Origin: Betaproteobacteria bacterium
GTDB lineage: Bacteria; Pseudomonadota; Gammaproteobacteria; Burkholderiales; SG8-39
Direction of reading: 5' to 3'
DNA: 64,000 bases
NCBI GenBank assembly: GCA_022340705.1
Contig: JAJDNJ010000143.1
Span: forward strand, 17,095-81,094
In this document: positions 51,957-61,401 of the stretch, in pieces
How the letters are laid out: each line of letters opens with the position of its first letter
Position numbering within the stretch: position 1 is the stretch's first letter
Translations under genes and position numbers: made by a program
The notes under the pieces: model-generated
Told to the model about the DNA's origin: nothing
The model's input: only the letters and a program-made list of their open reading frames with translations
Databases searched by the model: none

Positions 51957-53057
51957 CTAAGTCTTCGCGTCGCGCAGCACTGCGCACACGCGTTCGATAT
52001 CCGCCTCGCGCAGATAGGGATGAATCGGCAGCGAAAGCACGCTCGCCGCCGCCGCGTCGGAAGCCGGCAGCACGCAGGCGCCGTGCTCGTCAGCATAGGC
52101 GGGCTGACGATGGACGGGGATCGGGTAGTACACCCCGCTCGCGATTTCGGCCGAACCGAGCGCCGCACGCAACGCGTCGCGCTGCGCACTGCGCACGGTG
52201 AACTGATGGTAGACATGCTTGCCCCGCCCGTGCTCGGTCGGCAGAAGGACGTCGCAACCCGCGAGCCCCTTGCGATAGCGCGCGGCCACCCGACGACGCG
52301 CTTCGTTAAAGCGTGCGAGATGCGGCAACTTCGCGCGCAGGATCGCCGCCTGCAGCTCGTCGAGCCGGCTGTTGTAACCGACAAATTCGTGCTCGTAGGT
52401 CCGTCCACTGCCGTGATGGCGCAGCATGCGCAAGCGCGCCGCGTCGTCGGCGCTGCGCACCGTCACGAGCCCCGCATCGCCGTAGGCGCCGAGGTTCTTG
52501 GTCGGATAGAAGGAAAAGCAGCCGTACGCGCCCCAGGCGCCCGCGGCGCGTCCGTCGTAGTCGGCGCCGATCGCCTGCGCACAATCCTCGATCAGCGTGA
52601 GACCGCGCGCCTCGCACAGCCGCGCGATCTCCGGCATCTCGGCGCACTGGCCGTAGAGATGAACGACGATCGCCGCACGCGTGGCCGGCGTCAGCGCCGA
52701 TTCGAGCGTCGCCGCCGTCGCGTTGAATGTCGCCGGATCGATGTCCGCGAACACGGGCCGCGCGCCGGTGTAGGAGACCGCTTCCGCGGTCGCGATGAAG
52801 GTGAACGCCGGCAGCACGACCTCGTCGCCGGGTCCGATGCCGGCCGCGCGCAAGGCGAGATGCAGGGCGTCCGTGCCCGAGGCGACCGCGACTGCCTGCG
52901 CCGCGCCGGTCAGTGCGGCGATCTCCGCCTCGAGCGCCGCGCCTTCGGGACCCAGAATGAACTGCCCCGATGCGAGCACGCGCTGCACCGCCTGATCGAT
53001 CGCGGGGCGCAGCTCGGCGTACTCCGCGCGCAGGTCGAGCATCCCGATCGCGCTCAT
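51957..53057 (-). CDS. DegT/DnrJ/EryC1/StrS-family PLP aminotransferase (GnnB-like candidate)
   Basis: 366 aa. ILGPEGAALEAEIAALTG, FYPTKNLGAYGDAG (Lys context). ATGA overlap with the upstream oxidoreductase. Confidence 0.8.
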   Translation of the reverse strand: MSAIGMLDLRAEYAELRPAIDQAVQRVLASGQFILGPEGAALEAEIAALTGAAQAVAVASGTDALHLALRAAGIGPGDEVVLPAFTFIATAEAVSYTGARPVFADIDPATFNATAATLESALTPATRAAIVVHLYGQCAEMPEIARLCEARGLTLIEDCAQAIGADYDGRAAGAWGAYGCFSFYPTKNLGAYGDAGLVTVRSADDAARLRMLRHHGSGRTYEHEFVGYNSRLDELQAAILRAKLPHLARFNEARRRVAARYRKGLAGCDVLLPTEHGRGKHVYHQFTVRSAQRDALRAALGSAEIASGVYYPIPVHRQPAYADEHGACVLPASDAAAASVLSLPIHPYLREADIERVCAVLRDAKT

Positions 53058-54013
53058 CGCCCGCCTTCCTGGCCCGCCGCGAAGCGCGCGGCGCGCTCGC
53101 GCACCAGGCGCCCGATCTCGAGCGCCAGGGCAAGTGCCCTGCGTCCCTCGTCACCGCTTACCAGCGCCGGTCCGCGCCCGCCGATCGCCGCCACGAACGC
53201 CTCGATCTCGGCACGCAGCTCGTCGCGCTCGTCGAAGCTGAACTCCTCCTGCTCCATCGCGCCCGGTGCGGCGCCACGCTTCACCAGGCGCAGGCGCCCC
53301 TCCTGCAGATCGGCCGAAAGGTACCCACCGGCGTGAAACGCGCGCAGCTTGCGAACCGCGCTCTGGCTCGCGCGGCTCGCGGAGAGGTTGGCGACACAGC
53401 CGTCGGCGAATTCCAGGCGCGCGTTGGCGAGATCGATCGAGTCGGTCATGACGCTCGCGCCGCAGGCGCTGACCGAGACCGGCTCGCTTTTGGTCATCGC
53501 CAGAACCAGATCGAGATCGTGGATCATCAGATCGAGCACCACATCGACATCCACGCCGCGCTGCTTGAAGGCCGCGAGGCGTTCGGTCTCGATGAAAATC
53601 GGCCGGCCGATTGAACGCTCGAGTGCGCGAAACGCCGGATTGAAACGTTGCAGGTGCCCCACCTGCAGCACCCGCCGATGCGCTGCCGCGAGCGCAATCA
53701 GATCGTCCGCTTCCGCGAGCGTGCGCGCGATCGGCTTTTCGACCAGCACATGGGCACCTGCGCGCAAAAAATCCGCCGTGATCGCATGATGCAGCTCGGT
53801 GGGCACGACGACGCAGACCGCATCGACCGCGCCCAGCAGCGCGCGATGGTCGGTGTGCACCTCGCAGCCGTGCGCCGCGCCGACCGCCTGCGCGCGCTCG
53901 AGGTTCGCATCCGCAACCGCGACCAGCTGCACTCCCGGCATCGAGGCGAGCTTTTCGGCGTGAAAGCGCCCGAGATAGCCCACCCCGATCACCGCCGATC
54001 GCAATGTCGTCAT
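53054..54013 (-). CDS. Gfo/Idh/MocA-family NAD-dependent oxidoreductase (GnnA-like candidate)
   Basis: I prefer ATG 54013 (MTTLRSAVIGVGYLGRFHAEKL, Rossmann). The ORF-track GTG at 54037 would overlap the lpxL-like gene. Confidence 0.78.
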   Translation of the reverse strand: MTTLRSAVIGVGYLGRFHAEKLASMPGVQLVAVADANLERAQAVGAAHGCEVHTDHRALLGAVDAVCVVVPTELHHAITADFLRAGAHVLVEKPIARTLAEADDLIALAAAHRRVLQVGHLQRFNPAFRALERSIGRPIFIETERLAAFKQRGVDVDVVLDLMIHDLDLVLAMTKSEPVSVSACGASVMTDSIDLANARLEFADGCVANLSASRASQSAVRKLRAFHAGGYLSADLQEGRLRLVKRGAAPGAMEQEEFSFDERDELRAEIEAFVAAIGGRGPALVSGDEGRRALALALEIGRLVRERAARFAAGQEGGR

Positions 54014-54023
54014 GGTCCGAATC

Positions 54024-54884
54024 TCATGCTTGCTCACGCGCCGCCTGCGGCGCAGGCGGCGCGCCCGGCGGCGTCTTGTAACGGTTGTAGCCCCATAGAT
54101 ACTGCGCCGGATTCTCGCGAATCATGCCTTCGAGCGCACGGTTGAGCCAGCGCGCCGGCGCTTCGCCCACCTCGGCCTCGGGGAACGGCGTCACGTGCAC
54201 GACATAGCCCGCGCCGCGCGGCAAGCGCTCGCCGTAGGCAAGCAGCGTCACCGAATCCGGGCGGGCGGAAAAGCGCATCGCGAGCATCATCGTATACGCG
54301 GGCCTGCCGAAAAAATCGGCCCACTCGCCTTCGCCCCGGCGCGGCACTTGGTCGGGGAGGATGCCAATTGCTTCGCGACGCTTGAGCGCGGCCCCCAGTT
54401 CGCGCACGCCGCGCACCGTGGCGGGCGCCAGCCGCACGTTCTCCGTGGAGCGCCCCGCCTCGATGATCGGCAGCAGAAATCCCTTGCGCGGAATCCGATA
54501 CAGCACCGTGATCGGAAAGAACTCTGCGGCGACCCGCGCGGTAATCTCGAAGCAGCCGAGATGGGCAGTCAAAAACACGATGCCCTTGCCTTGCGCAACC
54601 GCGTCCTCGACCAGCGGCCGCCCCTCAATCCGCCGAACTAGGCGCATGACCTTCGCTTGCGGCCGGAACCAGATCGCGGGCATCTCGACGGCTTGCTTGC
54701 CGGCCTCGGCGATTGCGCGCCGGCGAGTCGCGGCGTCGGTGTAGCCCGCGCCTTCCAAATTCTCGCGCAGCTGACGCCGGTAGGTCGGCGATGCAAGGTA
54801 GACGATCCAACCCAACGTCGCCCCGAACCCGTGCAACACGGGCAGCGGCAGCATCGCAACCGCCCGCACCAAACCAGTCAGCAT
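54024..54884 (-). CDS. lipid A biosynthesis late (lauroyl/myristoyl) acyltransferase, LpxL/HtrB family
   Basis: I prefer ATG 54884 ([21 protein letters not shown]). HX4E acyltransferase motif in [10 protein letters not shown]. Confidence 0.75.
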   Translation of the reverse strand: MLTGLVRAVAMLPLPVLHGFGATLGWIVYLASPTYRRQLRENLEGAGYTDAATRRRAIAEAGKQAVEMPAIWFRPQAKVMRLVRRIEGRPLVEDAVAQGKGIVFLTAHLGCFEITARVAAEFFPITVLYRIPRKGFLLPIIEAGRSTENVRLAPATVRGVRELGAALKRREAIGILPDQVPRRGEGEWADFFGRPAYTMMLAMRFSARPDSVTLLAYGERLPRGAGYVVHVTPFPEAEVGEAPARWLNRALEGMIRENPAQYLWGYNRYKTPPGAPPAPQAAREQA

Positions 54885-54991
54885 GCGGGCCGCGCCTGGG
54901 AGCCGATCAGCGATCTTTGGTATCCTTGCGCCCTTCTCGCAACTGCGCCGCGCATTCTGCGCGGCCCTTCTTCGGACGAGGCGCACACGCA

Positions 54992-56149
54992 ATGAGCGAT
55001 TTCCTGTTCACGTCGGAATCGGTGTCGGAAGGGCACCCTGACAAGGTGTCCGACCAGATTTCGGACGCGGTACTCGACGCTATTTTAGCCAAAGACCCCC
55101 GCGCCCGCGTTGCGGCGGAAACCTTGGTCAAGGACAACTTGGTGGTGCTCGCCGGCGAGATCACCACGATCGCGGATGTGAAGTACCAGGACGTCGTGCG
55201 CCAGACCATCCGCCGTATCGGCTATACCGATCCGTCGGTCGGATTTGACGCCGATACCTGCACCATCCTCAACGTATACGGTCAGCAGTCGCCGGACATT
55301 GCGCAGGGCGTCGATGAGGGCAAGGGCATCGATCTCGATCAGGGCGCCGGCGACCAGGGCCTCATGTTCGGCTACGCCTGCGACGAGACCCCGGCGCTCA
55401 TGCCGCTGCCGATCTACATCGCGCACCGCCTCGTCGAGCGCCAGTCCGAAGTGCGGCGCGACGGCCGCCTCGCATGGCTGCGTCCGGACGCCAAGTCTCA
55501 GGTCACGGTGCGCTATCTGAACGGCAAGCCGGATGCGATCGAAACGGTGCTGATCTCGACCCAGCATGCGCCGGGCGTCACGCACGAGCAGCTCTCGGAA
55601 GGCGTGATCGAGGAGATCATCAAGCCCGTTCTGCCGAAGAATCTCGTGAAGGGCGACGTGCGCTACCTGGTCAACCCGACCGGCGCGTTCGAGATCGGCG
55701 GGCCCAAGGGCGATTGCGGCCTCACTGGACGCAAGATCATCGTCGACACCTACGGCGGCTCGGCGCCGCACGGCGGCGGCGCGTTCTCGGGCAAGGATCC
55801 CTCCAAGGTGGACCGCTCGGCGGCCTACGCGGGGCGCTATGTTGCCAAGAACATCGTCGCGGCAGGCCTGGCGCGGAAATGTCTCGTGCAGGTGTCCTAC
55901 GCGATCGGCGTGGCCAAGCCGACGTCGGTCATGGTGACCACGGAGGGAACCGGCAAGCTGTCGGACGAAAAGTTGGCGGCATTGGTGCTCGAGCACTTCG
56001 ATCTGCGTCCCAAGGGCATCGTGCAGATGCTCGATCTGCTGCGTCCGATCTACGAAAAAACAGCGGCCTACGGGCATTTTGGGCGCGAAGAGCCGGAGTT
56101 CACCTGGGAGGCCACCGACCGTGCGCTGGCCCTCAAGCAAGCCGCCTAG
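54992..56149 (+). CDS. metK: S-adenosylmethionine synthetase
   Basis: ATG 54992. [37 protein letters not shown]. Confidence 0.97.
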   Translation: MSDFLFTSESVSEGHPDKVSDQISDAVLDAILAKDPRARVAAETLVKDNLVVLAGEITTIADVKYQDVVRQTIRRIGYTDPSVGFDADTCTILNVYGQQSPDIAQGVDEGKGIDLDQGAGDQGLMFGYACDETPALMPLPIYIAHRLVERQSEVRRDGRLAWLRPDAKSQVTVRYLNGKPDAIETVLISTQHAPGVTHEQLSEGVIEEIIKPVLPKNLVKGDVRYLVNPTGAFEIGGPKGDCGLTGRKIIVDTYGGSAPHGGGAFSGKDPSKVDRSAAYAGRYVAKNIVAAGLARKCLVQVSYAIGVAKPTSVMVTTEGTGKLSDEKLAALVLEHFDLRPKGIVQMLDLLRPIYEKTAAYGHFGREEPEFTWEATDRALALKQAA

Positions 56150-56167
56150 CCGGGGTATAATCGCGCC

Positions 56168-56233
56168 CTGCTGAGGAGCGCTGCATCCCCTGGTCAGCGG
56201 GGGTCAGGCTCAGCAAAATCAACGGCGCTCGCA
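56168..56233 (+). promoter_or_regulatory. SAH (S-adenosylhomocysteine) riboswitch aptamer
   Basis: CUGAGGAGCGCUGC-[AUCCCC...GGGGGU hairpin]-CAGGCUCAG-CAAAAUC-AACGGCGCUC matches the conserved blocks of the SAH riboswitch as I remember them. P1 is CUGAG/CUCAG and the pseudoknot is GAGCGCU/GGCGCUC. It sits directly upstream of ahcY. Confidence 0.8.
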
Positions 56234-56261
56234 TCGAATCCGGTGCGGGCGCTTTGTTTTT
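56225..56261 (+). terminator. intrinsic terminator acting as the SAH riboswitch expression platform
   Basis: GCGCUCGCAUCG-AAUC-CGGUGCGGGCGC (12 bp, two G-U pairs) followed by UUUGUUUUU. Its 5' arm overlaps the 3' strand of the aptamer pseudoknot. Confidence 0.75.
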
Positions 56262-56305
56262 GGGGCTCCCCCCGGACCGTCATATTTCGATAGGAGCTTC
56301 TCGCC

Positions 56306-57718
56306 ATGAACGCACCCAACCCGAAGTTCACCGACTACAAGGTCGCCGACCTCGCGCTCGCCGATTGGGGCCGCAAGGAGATGACCATCGCCGAGCACGA
56401 AATGCCGGCGCTGATGGCGATTCGCGACGAATACGCCAAGTCCAAGCCGCTCAAAGGCGCGCGCATCGCCGGATCGCTGCATATGACGATCCAGACCGCG
56501 GTGCTCATCGAAACCCTGACTGCGCTCGGCGCCGAGGTGCGCTGGGCGTCGTGCAACATCTTTTCGACCCAGGACCATGCCGCGGCGGCGATCGCGGCCG
56601 GTGGCACGCCGGTATACGCCTATAAGGGCGAGTCGCTCGAGGAATACTGGGATTTCACCCACCGTATCTTCGAGTTCGGCGGCGGCAAGGGGCCGAACAT
56701 GATCCTCGATGATGGCGGCGACGCGACGCTGCTCATGCACTTGGGCGTGCGCGCGGAAAAGAACGTCTCGGTGCTCGACAAGCCGACGAGCGAGGAAGAA
56801 ACTGCCCTTTTCGCTGCGATCAAGAAGCGTCTCGCCGCGCAGCCAGGCTGGTATTCGAAGAAGTCGAAGGAAATCCGGGGCGTCACCGAGGAAACGACGA
56901 CTGGCGTGCACCGCCTGTACCAGATGGCGAAGGACGGTCGTCTGATGTTCCCCGCGATCAACGTCAACGACTCGGTGACCAAATCCAAATTCGACAACAT
57001 CTATGGCTGCCGCGAGTCGCTGGTCGACGGCATCAAGCGTGCGACCGACGTGATGATCGCAGGCAAGATCGCCGTAGTCTGCGGCTACGGCGAGGTGGGC
57101 AAGGGCTCGGCGCAGGCGCTCCGCGGCCTGCAGGCGCAGGTCTGGGTGACGGAGATCGACCCGATCTGCGCCTTGCAGGCGGCGATGGAAGGCTATCGGG
57201 TCGTGACGATGGAGGAGGCGGCGCCGCTCGCCGACATCTTCGTCACCGCAACGGGCAATTTGGACGTCATTAAACACGCGCACATGAAGGCGATGAAGAA
57301 CAATGCGATCGTGTGCAACATCGGCCATTTCGACAACGAGATCGACGTCGCCAGCCTGAATGATTGCAACTGGGAGGAGATCAAGCCGCAGGTCGATCAC
57401 GTGATCTTCCCGGACGGCAAGCGCATCATCATGCTGGCCAAGGGGCGCCTCGTGAACCTGGGCTGCGCGACCGGTCACCCTTCCTACGTGATGAGCTCCT
57501 CGTTCGCCAACCAGGTGCTTGCGCAGATCGAACTGTTCAACAACACGTCGAAGTACCCGGTGGGGGTGTACATCCTGCCCAAGGAACTCGACGAGAAAGT
57601 TGCGCGCCTGCAGTTGTCCAAGCTTGGCGCGTCGCTCACCGTGCTGACCGAGGCGCAGGCCGCGTACATCGGCGTGCCGAAGGAAGGTCCCTACAAGGCG
57701 GAGCACTACCGGTATTAA
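56306..57718 (+). CDS. ahcY: adenosylhomocysteinase
   Basis: 470 aa, [34 protein letters not shown] site. Confidence 0.97.
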   Translation: MNAPNPKFTDYKVADLALADWGRKEMTIAEHEMPALMAIRDEYAKSKPLKGARIAGSLHMTIQTAVLIETLTALGAEVRWASCNIFSTQDHAAAAIAAGGTPVYAYKGESLEEYWDFTHRIFEFGGGKGPNMILDDGGDATLLMHLGVRAEKNVSVLDKPTSEEETALFAAIKKRLAAQPGWYSKKSKEIRGVTEETTTGVHRLYQMAKDGRLMFPAINVNDSVTKSKFDNIYGCRESLVDGIKRATDVMIAGKIAVVCGYGEVGKGSAQALRGLQAQVWVTEIDPICALQAAMEGYRVVTMEEAAPLADIFVTATGNLDVIKHAHMKAMKNNAIVCNIGHFDNEIDVASLNDCNWEEIKPQVDHVIFPDGKRIIMLAKGRLVNLGCATGHPSYVMSSSFANQVLAQIELFNNTSKYPVGVYILPKELDEKVARLQLSKLGASLTVLTEAQAAYIGVPKEGPYKAEHYRY

Positions 57719-57728
57719 GAGCAACGAT

Positions 57729-57764
57729 GCGTTGCGAGGCAGCGTAAACGCTGCGTCGCAACGC
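57729..57764 (+). terminator. long hairpin after ahcY (terminator-like, no U-tract)
   Basis: GCGTTGCGAGGCAGCG-taaa-CGCTGCGTCGCAACGC, 16-bp arms with one mismatch, starting 11 nt after the ahcY stop. Confidence 0.45.
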
Positions 57765-57784
57765 CAACCGTCAGAAAGGGCGCC

Positions 57785-58702
57785 ATGCGGATTGCCGTAA
57801 TGGGTGCGGGAGGCGTCGGCGGCTATTTCGGCGGCCGGCTCGCGCAGGCGGGGAACGACGTCGTATTCATCGCGCGCGGGAGGCATCTCGACGCCCTGCG
57901 CAGCAAGGGTCTCGCGCTGAAAAGTCCCACGGGCGACGCGACGCTCAAGGTCACGGCGGTGGACGATCCGGCCGCTGCCGGACCTGTCGAAGTCGTGCTG
58001 TTCGCGGTGAAGCTGTGGGACACCGAAGCCGCCGCCGAGCGTTTGCAGCCGCTGCTCGCCAAAGGCGGCGTGGTGATCCCGTTCCAGAATGGCGTCGAGT
58101 CGGTCGCGCGCATCAGCGCCGTGCTCGGAGCCGAGCGCGTGCTGGGCGGCGCAGCGTACATCGCCGCGCGCATCGGCGAGCCGGGCCAGATTGTGCAGAC
58201 CGGCAGCATGGCGCGTCTGCGCTTCGGCGCGATCCAGCCGTCGCAGCACACGGCGGCGCAGGCGTTCCACGCGGCCTGCGTCGGCGCGGGGATCGACGCC
58301 GAGCGGGTCGACGATATCGTGCGCGTTCTATGGGAAAAGTTCGTGCTGCTCGTGGCGGTCAGTGGCACGACGACGGTTGCCCGCTCGCGCATCGGCGTGG
58401 TGCGCGCGGACCCGGATCTGCGTTGGTTGCTCGAGGCCGCGATGCGCGAGACCTGGCAGGTCGGGCGCAAGCTCGGCGTGACCCTCGCCGACGATTTGGT
58501 CGCCGCCACCCTGAAGATGGTCGACGGGCTGCCTGCCGAGATGACTTCGTCGATGCACGGCGACCTGGACGCCGGGGGGCGGCTCGAGGCACCCTGGCTG
58601 GCGGGGGCGGTCGCGCGCATGGCGCTGGCACAGGGACTGCAGACACCGGCCAATCGCGCGATCTACGCCGCGCTGAAACCCTTCATCGACGGTCGCCGAT
58701 GA
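57785..58702 (+). CDS. ketopantoate reductase (PanE/ApbA) family oxidoreductase
   Basis: 305 aa. MRIAVMGAGGVGGYFGGRLA Rossmann motif, and a WEKF...S..M..D C-terminal domain pattern. Confidence 0.75.
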   Translation: MRIAVMGAGGVGGYFGGRLAQAGNDVVFIARGRHLDALRSKGLALKSPTGDATLKVTAVDDPAAAGPVEVVLFAVKLWDTEAAAERLQPLLAKGGVVIPFQNGVESVARISAVLGAERVLGGAAYIAARIGEPGQIVQTGSMARLRFGAIQPSQHTAAQAFHAACVGAGIDAERVDDIVRVLWEKFVLLVAVSGTTTVARSRIGVVRADPDLRWLLEAAMRETWQVGRKLGVTLADDLVAATLKMVDGLPAEMTSSMHGDLDAGGRLEAPWLAGAVARMALAQGLQTPANRAIYAALKPFIDGRR

Positions 58703-59538
58703 GCGCGACGCGACGCCGTAACTTCAGTTTCGAGTTCTTTCCGCCCAAGACGCCGCAAGGCCGCGAAAAGCTGCGCGCGACCTGGCACGAACTCGCGAAG
58801 ATTAAGCCACAATTCTTTTCGGTCACTTTCGGCGCCGGCGGATCGACCCGCGAGGGCACGCTGGAGACGGTGCTCGAGATCCGCGCCGCGGGGCACGAAG
58901 CCGCGCCGCATATCTCCTGCGTAGCATCGACGCGCGCCGATGTCGCGGCGCAGCTCGAGCAGTACCGCAGCCACGGGATCCGCCACATCGTCGCCCTGCG
59001 CGGAGACCTGCCCTCGGGGCTCGCCGCGGCGGGCGAGTTTCGGTATGCAAGCGAACTGGTTGCGTTCATTCGCGAGTCCACCGGGGACTGGTTCACGATC
59101 GACGTGGCCTGCTACCCCGAGTACCACCCGCAGACGCGCAGTGCCGCGGACGAAATCCGCAATTTCAAGAAGAAGATCGACGCGGGCGCGAACACCGCGA
59201 TTACGCAGTACTTCTATAGCGCCGATGCTTACTTCCGCTTCGTCGACGACTGCCGCGCGGCCGGTATCAGCGTCCCGATCGTCGCGGGCATCATGCCGAT
59301 CGCGAATTTTTCGCAGCTCGCACGCTTTTCCGACGTCTGCGGCGCCGAGATTCCGCGCTGGATCCGCTTCAAGCTCGAGTCCTTCCGCGACGACAGCGCG
59401 TCGATCCGGGCTTTCGGCCTCGACGTCGTCACGCGTCTATGCGAGCAGCTGCTCGCCGGCGGCGCGCCAGGGCTGCACTTCTACACCCTCAATCAGGCGC
59501 CCCTGCCGGCCGAGATCTGCAGGCGGCTCGGCGCATAA
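58699..59538 (+). CDS. metF: methylenetetrahydrofolate reductase
   Basis: ATG 58699 (ATGA overlap). FSFEFFPPKTPQG, FSVTFGAGGSTR, CYPEYHPQ. Confidence 0.92.
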   Translation: MSATRRRNFSFEFFPPKTPQGREKLRATWHELAKIKPQFFSVTFGAGGSTREGTLETVLEIRAAGHEAAPHISCVASTRADVAAQLEQYRSHGIRHIVALRGDLPSGLAAAGEFRYASELVAFIRESTGDWFTIDVACYPEYHPQTRSAADEIRNFKKKIDAGANTAITQYFYSADAYFRFVDDCRAAGISVPIVAGIMPIANFSQLARFSDVCGAEIPRWIRFKLESFRDDSASIRAFGLDVVTRLCEQLLAGGAPGLHFYTLNQAPLPAEICRRLGA

Positions 59539-59565
59539 CCATCGGTTTTCTGAGGCGATGAAGCC

Positions 59566-61401
59566 ATGAGCCGCGCGCGGCACGGCACGCTCGGCTGGCT
59601 GTTCGCTGCCGTGTTGTTGGTCGCCGCGCTGGAGCTTTTCTCGTTGAGGCTGTTCGGTCCGCTCGAGAACCGCCTGCTCGATGTCTTCGTGCGCAGCCAG
59701 GCCGCGCGCCTGGAACCCGACCCCGACGTCGTGCTCGTCGACATCGACGAGAGGAGTCTGGTGAACATGCAGGAAGTCGCGGGCCGCTGGCCATGGCCGC
59801 GCGCGGTTCACGCCGAGCTGATCGAAGGGCTCGAGGCGCAAAAGCCGCGCGCCATCGTTTTCGACATCACGTTCTCGGAGCCCGACAAGTTTCGGCCGGA
59901 AAGCGATCAGCAGTTCATCGAGGCCGTGGCGAAGTACACGAACATCTACTTTCCGCTCGTGCGCCTGGACCCGAGCGACGACCCGCGCGGCGTGCCCGCA
60001 CGCGACCTGGCTGGGCTGATCGGGCTGATTCCAGGGCCGGATGCAGATCCGAATGCGCGCATCGCGCTGATCCCGCCGCTGGTACTCCGCACCGAGCAGT
60101 GGCGTGCAGGCACGATCAATTTCGTCGAGGATTCCGACGGCGTCGGGCGACGCTACCGGCTGCGTACGCCGCTCTACGGTTGGACGATGCTCTCGCTGCC
60201 CGCGCGCGTCGCGCAGGATCTCGGTTGGACGATTCCCGCCGGGCAAGACATGGTGCTCGCCTGGCGCGGCGCGGCGGGCCAGTTCCCGCACGTGTCGTAC
60301 AGCGATCTGTACGAGGACTTCGACCGCTCCAATCGCCAGCGGCCGCCGAACGAGTTCAGCGGAAAGGTCGTGGTCATCGGAACCGCCGCCCCGGCTCTCC
60401 AGGACCTGCGCGTGACGCCGCTCGCGAGCCTGCATGCGGGTGGCGAGATACTCGGTACCGCGCTCGAGAATCTGAAGAACGGCAGGCATATGCATCCGGC
60501 GAATCGGGCCTGGGCGGGGACCGCGGGGTTCCTGCTTCTCGTCCTGCTCTACGCCGCGTTTCGCCGCAACGTGGATGCGCGCCTGACCGGCGCCGCCCTG
60601 CTCGCCGCGAGCCTCGTGCTGCTTGCAGTTTCGTACTTCGCCGTCGGTCGGCTGGTTCTGCTGCCGATGCTGACGCCGCTGGTCGCCGGCTGGGCGTTCT
60701 ATTTTGCGGCCGCGCTCGCGGCCTATCTGCGCGAACGGCGCAGCCGCGAAGAGGCGATCGCGCAATTCTCGCGCTTCGTCAATCCGACCGTCGTCCGCCA
60801 ACTCCTCGAGCGCGGCGGGCTCGAGGGTACGGGTCAGACGCGCGAGGTGACCCTGCTGTTCTCCGACATCCGCGGATTCACCACGCTTTCCGAGAACCAT
60901 GCGCCGCAGGAAGTCGTCGAGCTACTCAATCGCTACTTCACACTGCAGGTTGCGGTGGTGTTCCGCCACGGCGGCACGCTCGACAAGTTCATCGGCGACG
61001 CGATCATGGCGGTCTGGGGCGCTCCGCTCGAGGATCCGGATCACGCCGAGCATGCGGTGCGCTGCGCGCTCGAGATGGCCGAGACGCTGGAGACCTTCAA
61101 GTCCGGGCTGGGATCGCTCGGTGCCGACTTCGACGTCGGGATCGGAATCCATTCGGGGCCCGCGGTGGTCGGTCTGATCGGCTCGGACCAGCGGCGCGAA
61201 TACACCTCGATCGGCGATACGGTCAATCTCGCGAGCCGTATCGAAGGCCTTACCAAGGACGCGAAGCGCCGGATTCTGGTATCGCGCGAGACAATGGAAC
61301 GCTGCGGAAAGGGCTTTGACTTCGTGTCCTGCGGTTCGTATAAAGTGAAGGGCCGCGCACAGGAGGTGGAGCTGTTCGAGCCGAGGCGAAAACCGTCATG
61401 A
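59566..61401 (+). CDS. CHASE2 sensor-domain class III adenylate cyclase
   Basis: 611 aa. N-terminal TM, a ~300-aa periplasmic CHASE2-like region (VLVDIDERSL...WPWPRAVHAELI), three TM helices, then a cyclase domain (LLFSDIRGFT, DKFIGDAIMAVWG, GDTVNLASRIE). Confidence 0.85.
   Translation: MSRARHGTLGWLFAAVLLVAALELFSLRLFGPLENRLLDVFVRSQAARLEPDPDVVLVDIDERSLVNMQEVAGRWPWPRAVHAELIEGLEAQKPRAIVFDITFSEPDKFRPESDQQFIEAVAKYTNIYFPLVRLDPSDDPRGVPARDLAGLIGLIPGPDADPNARIALIPPLVLRTEQWRAGTINFVEDSDGVGRRYRLRTPLYGWTMLSLPARVAQDLGWTIPAGQDMVLAWRGAAGQFPHVSYSDLYEDFDRSNRQRPPNEFSGKVVVIGTAAPALQDLRVTPLASLHAGGEILGTALENLKNGRHMHPANRAWAGTAGFLLLVLLYAAFRRNVDARLTGAALLAASLVLLAVSYFAVGRLVLLPMLTPLVAGWAFYFAAALAAYLRERRSREEAIAQFSRFVNPTVVRQLLERGGLEGTGQTREVTLLFSDIRGFTTLSENHAPQEVVELLNRYFTLQVAVVFRHGGTLDKFIGDAIMAVWGAPLEDPDHAEHAVRCALEMAETLETFKSGLGSLGADFDVGIGIHSGPAVVGLIGSDQRREYTSIGDTVNLASRIEGLTKDAKRRILVSRETMERCGKGFDFVSCGSYKVKGRAQEVELFEPRRKPS

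Noticed and set aside
54947-54965. Hairpin GCCGCGCA-ttc-TGCGCGGC in the metK leader considered as a SAM-responsive riboswitch
   Set aside because: It is only an 8-bp stem with a 3-nt loop. It has no resemblance to the conserved cores of the SAM riboswitch classes I know, and the leader (~107 nt, shared with the divergent lpxL-like promoter) is too short to judge.
56219-58270. 683-aa ORF antisense to ahcY and the panE-like gene
   Set aside because: Same reasoning as above. ahcY on the plus strand is unambiguous, and the antisense product has no domain-like features. It also spans an intergenic hairpin, which is implausible for a real gene.
59558-59569. Mini-ORF ATG-AAG-CCA-TGA overlapping the cyclase start codon
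   Set aside because: The GAGG Shine-Dalgarno is only 2 nt from this ATG but about 10 nt from the cyclase ATG. Most likely it is a fortuitous out-of-frame ATG rather than a regulatory upstream ORF.
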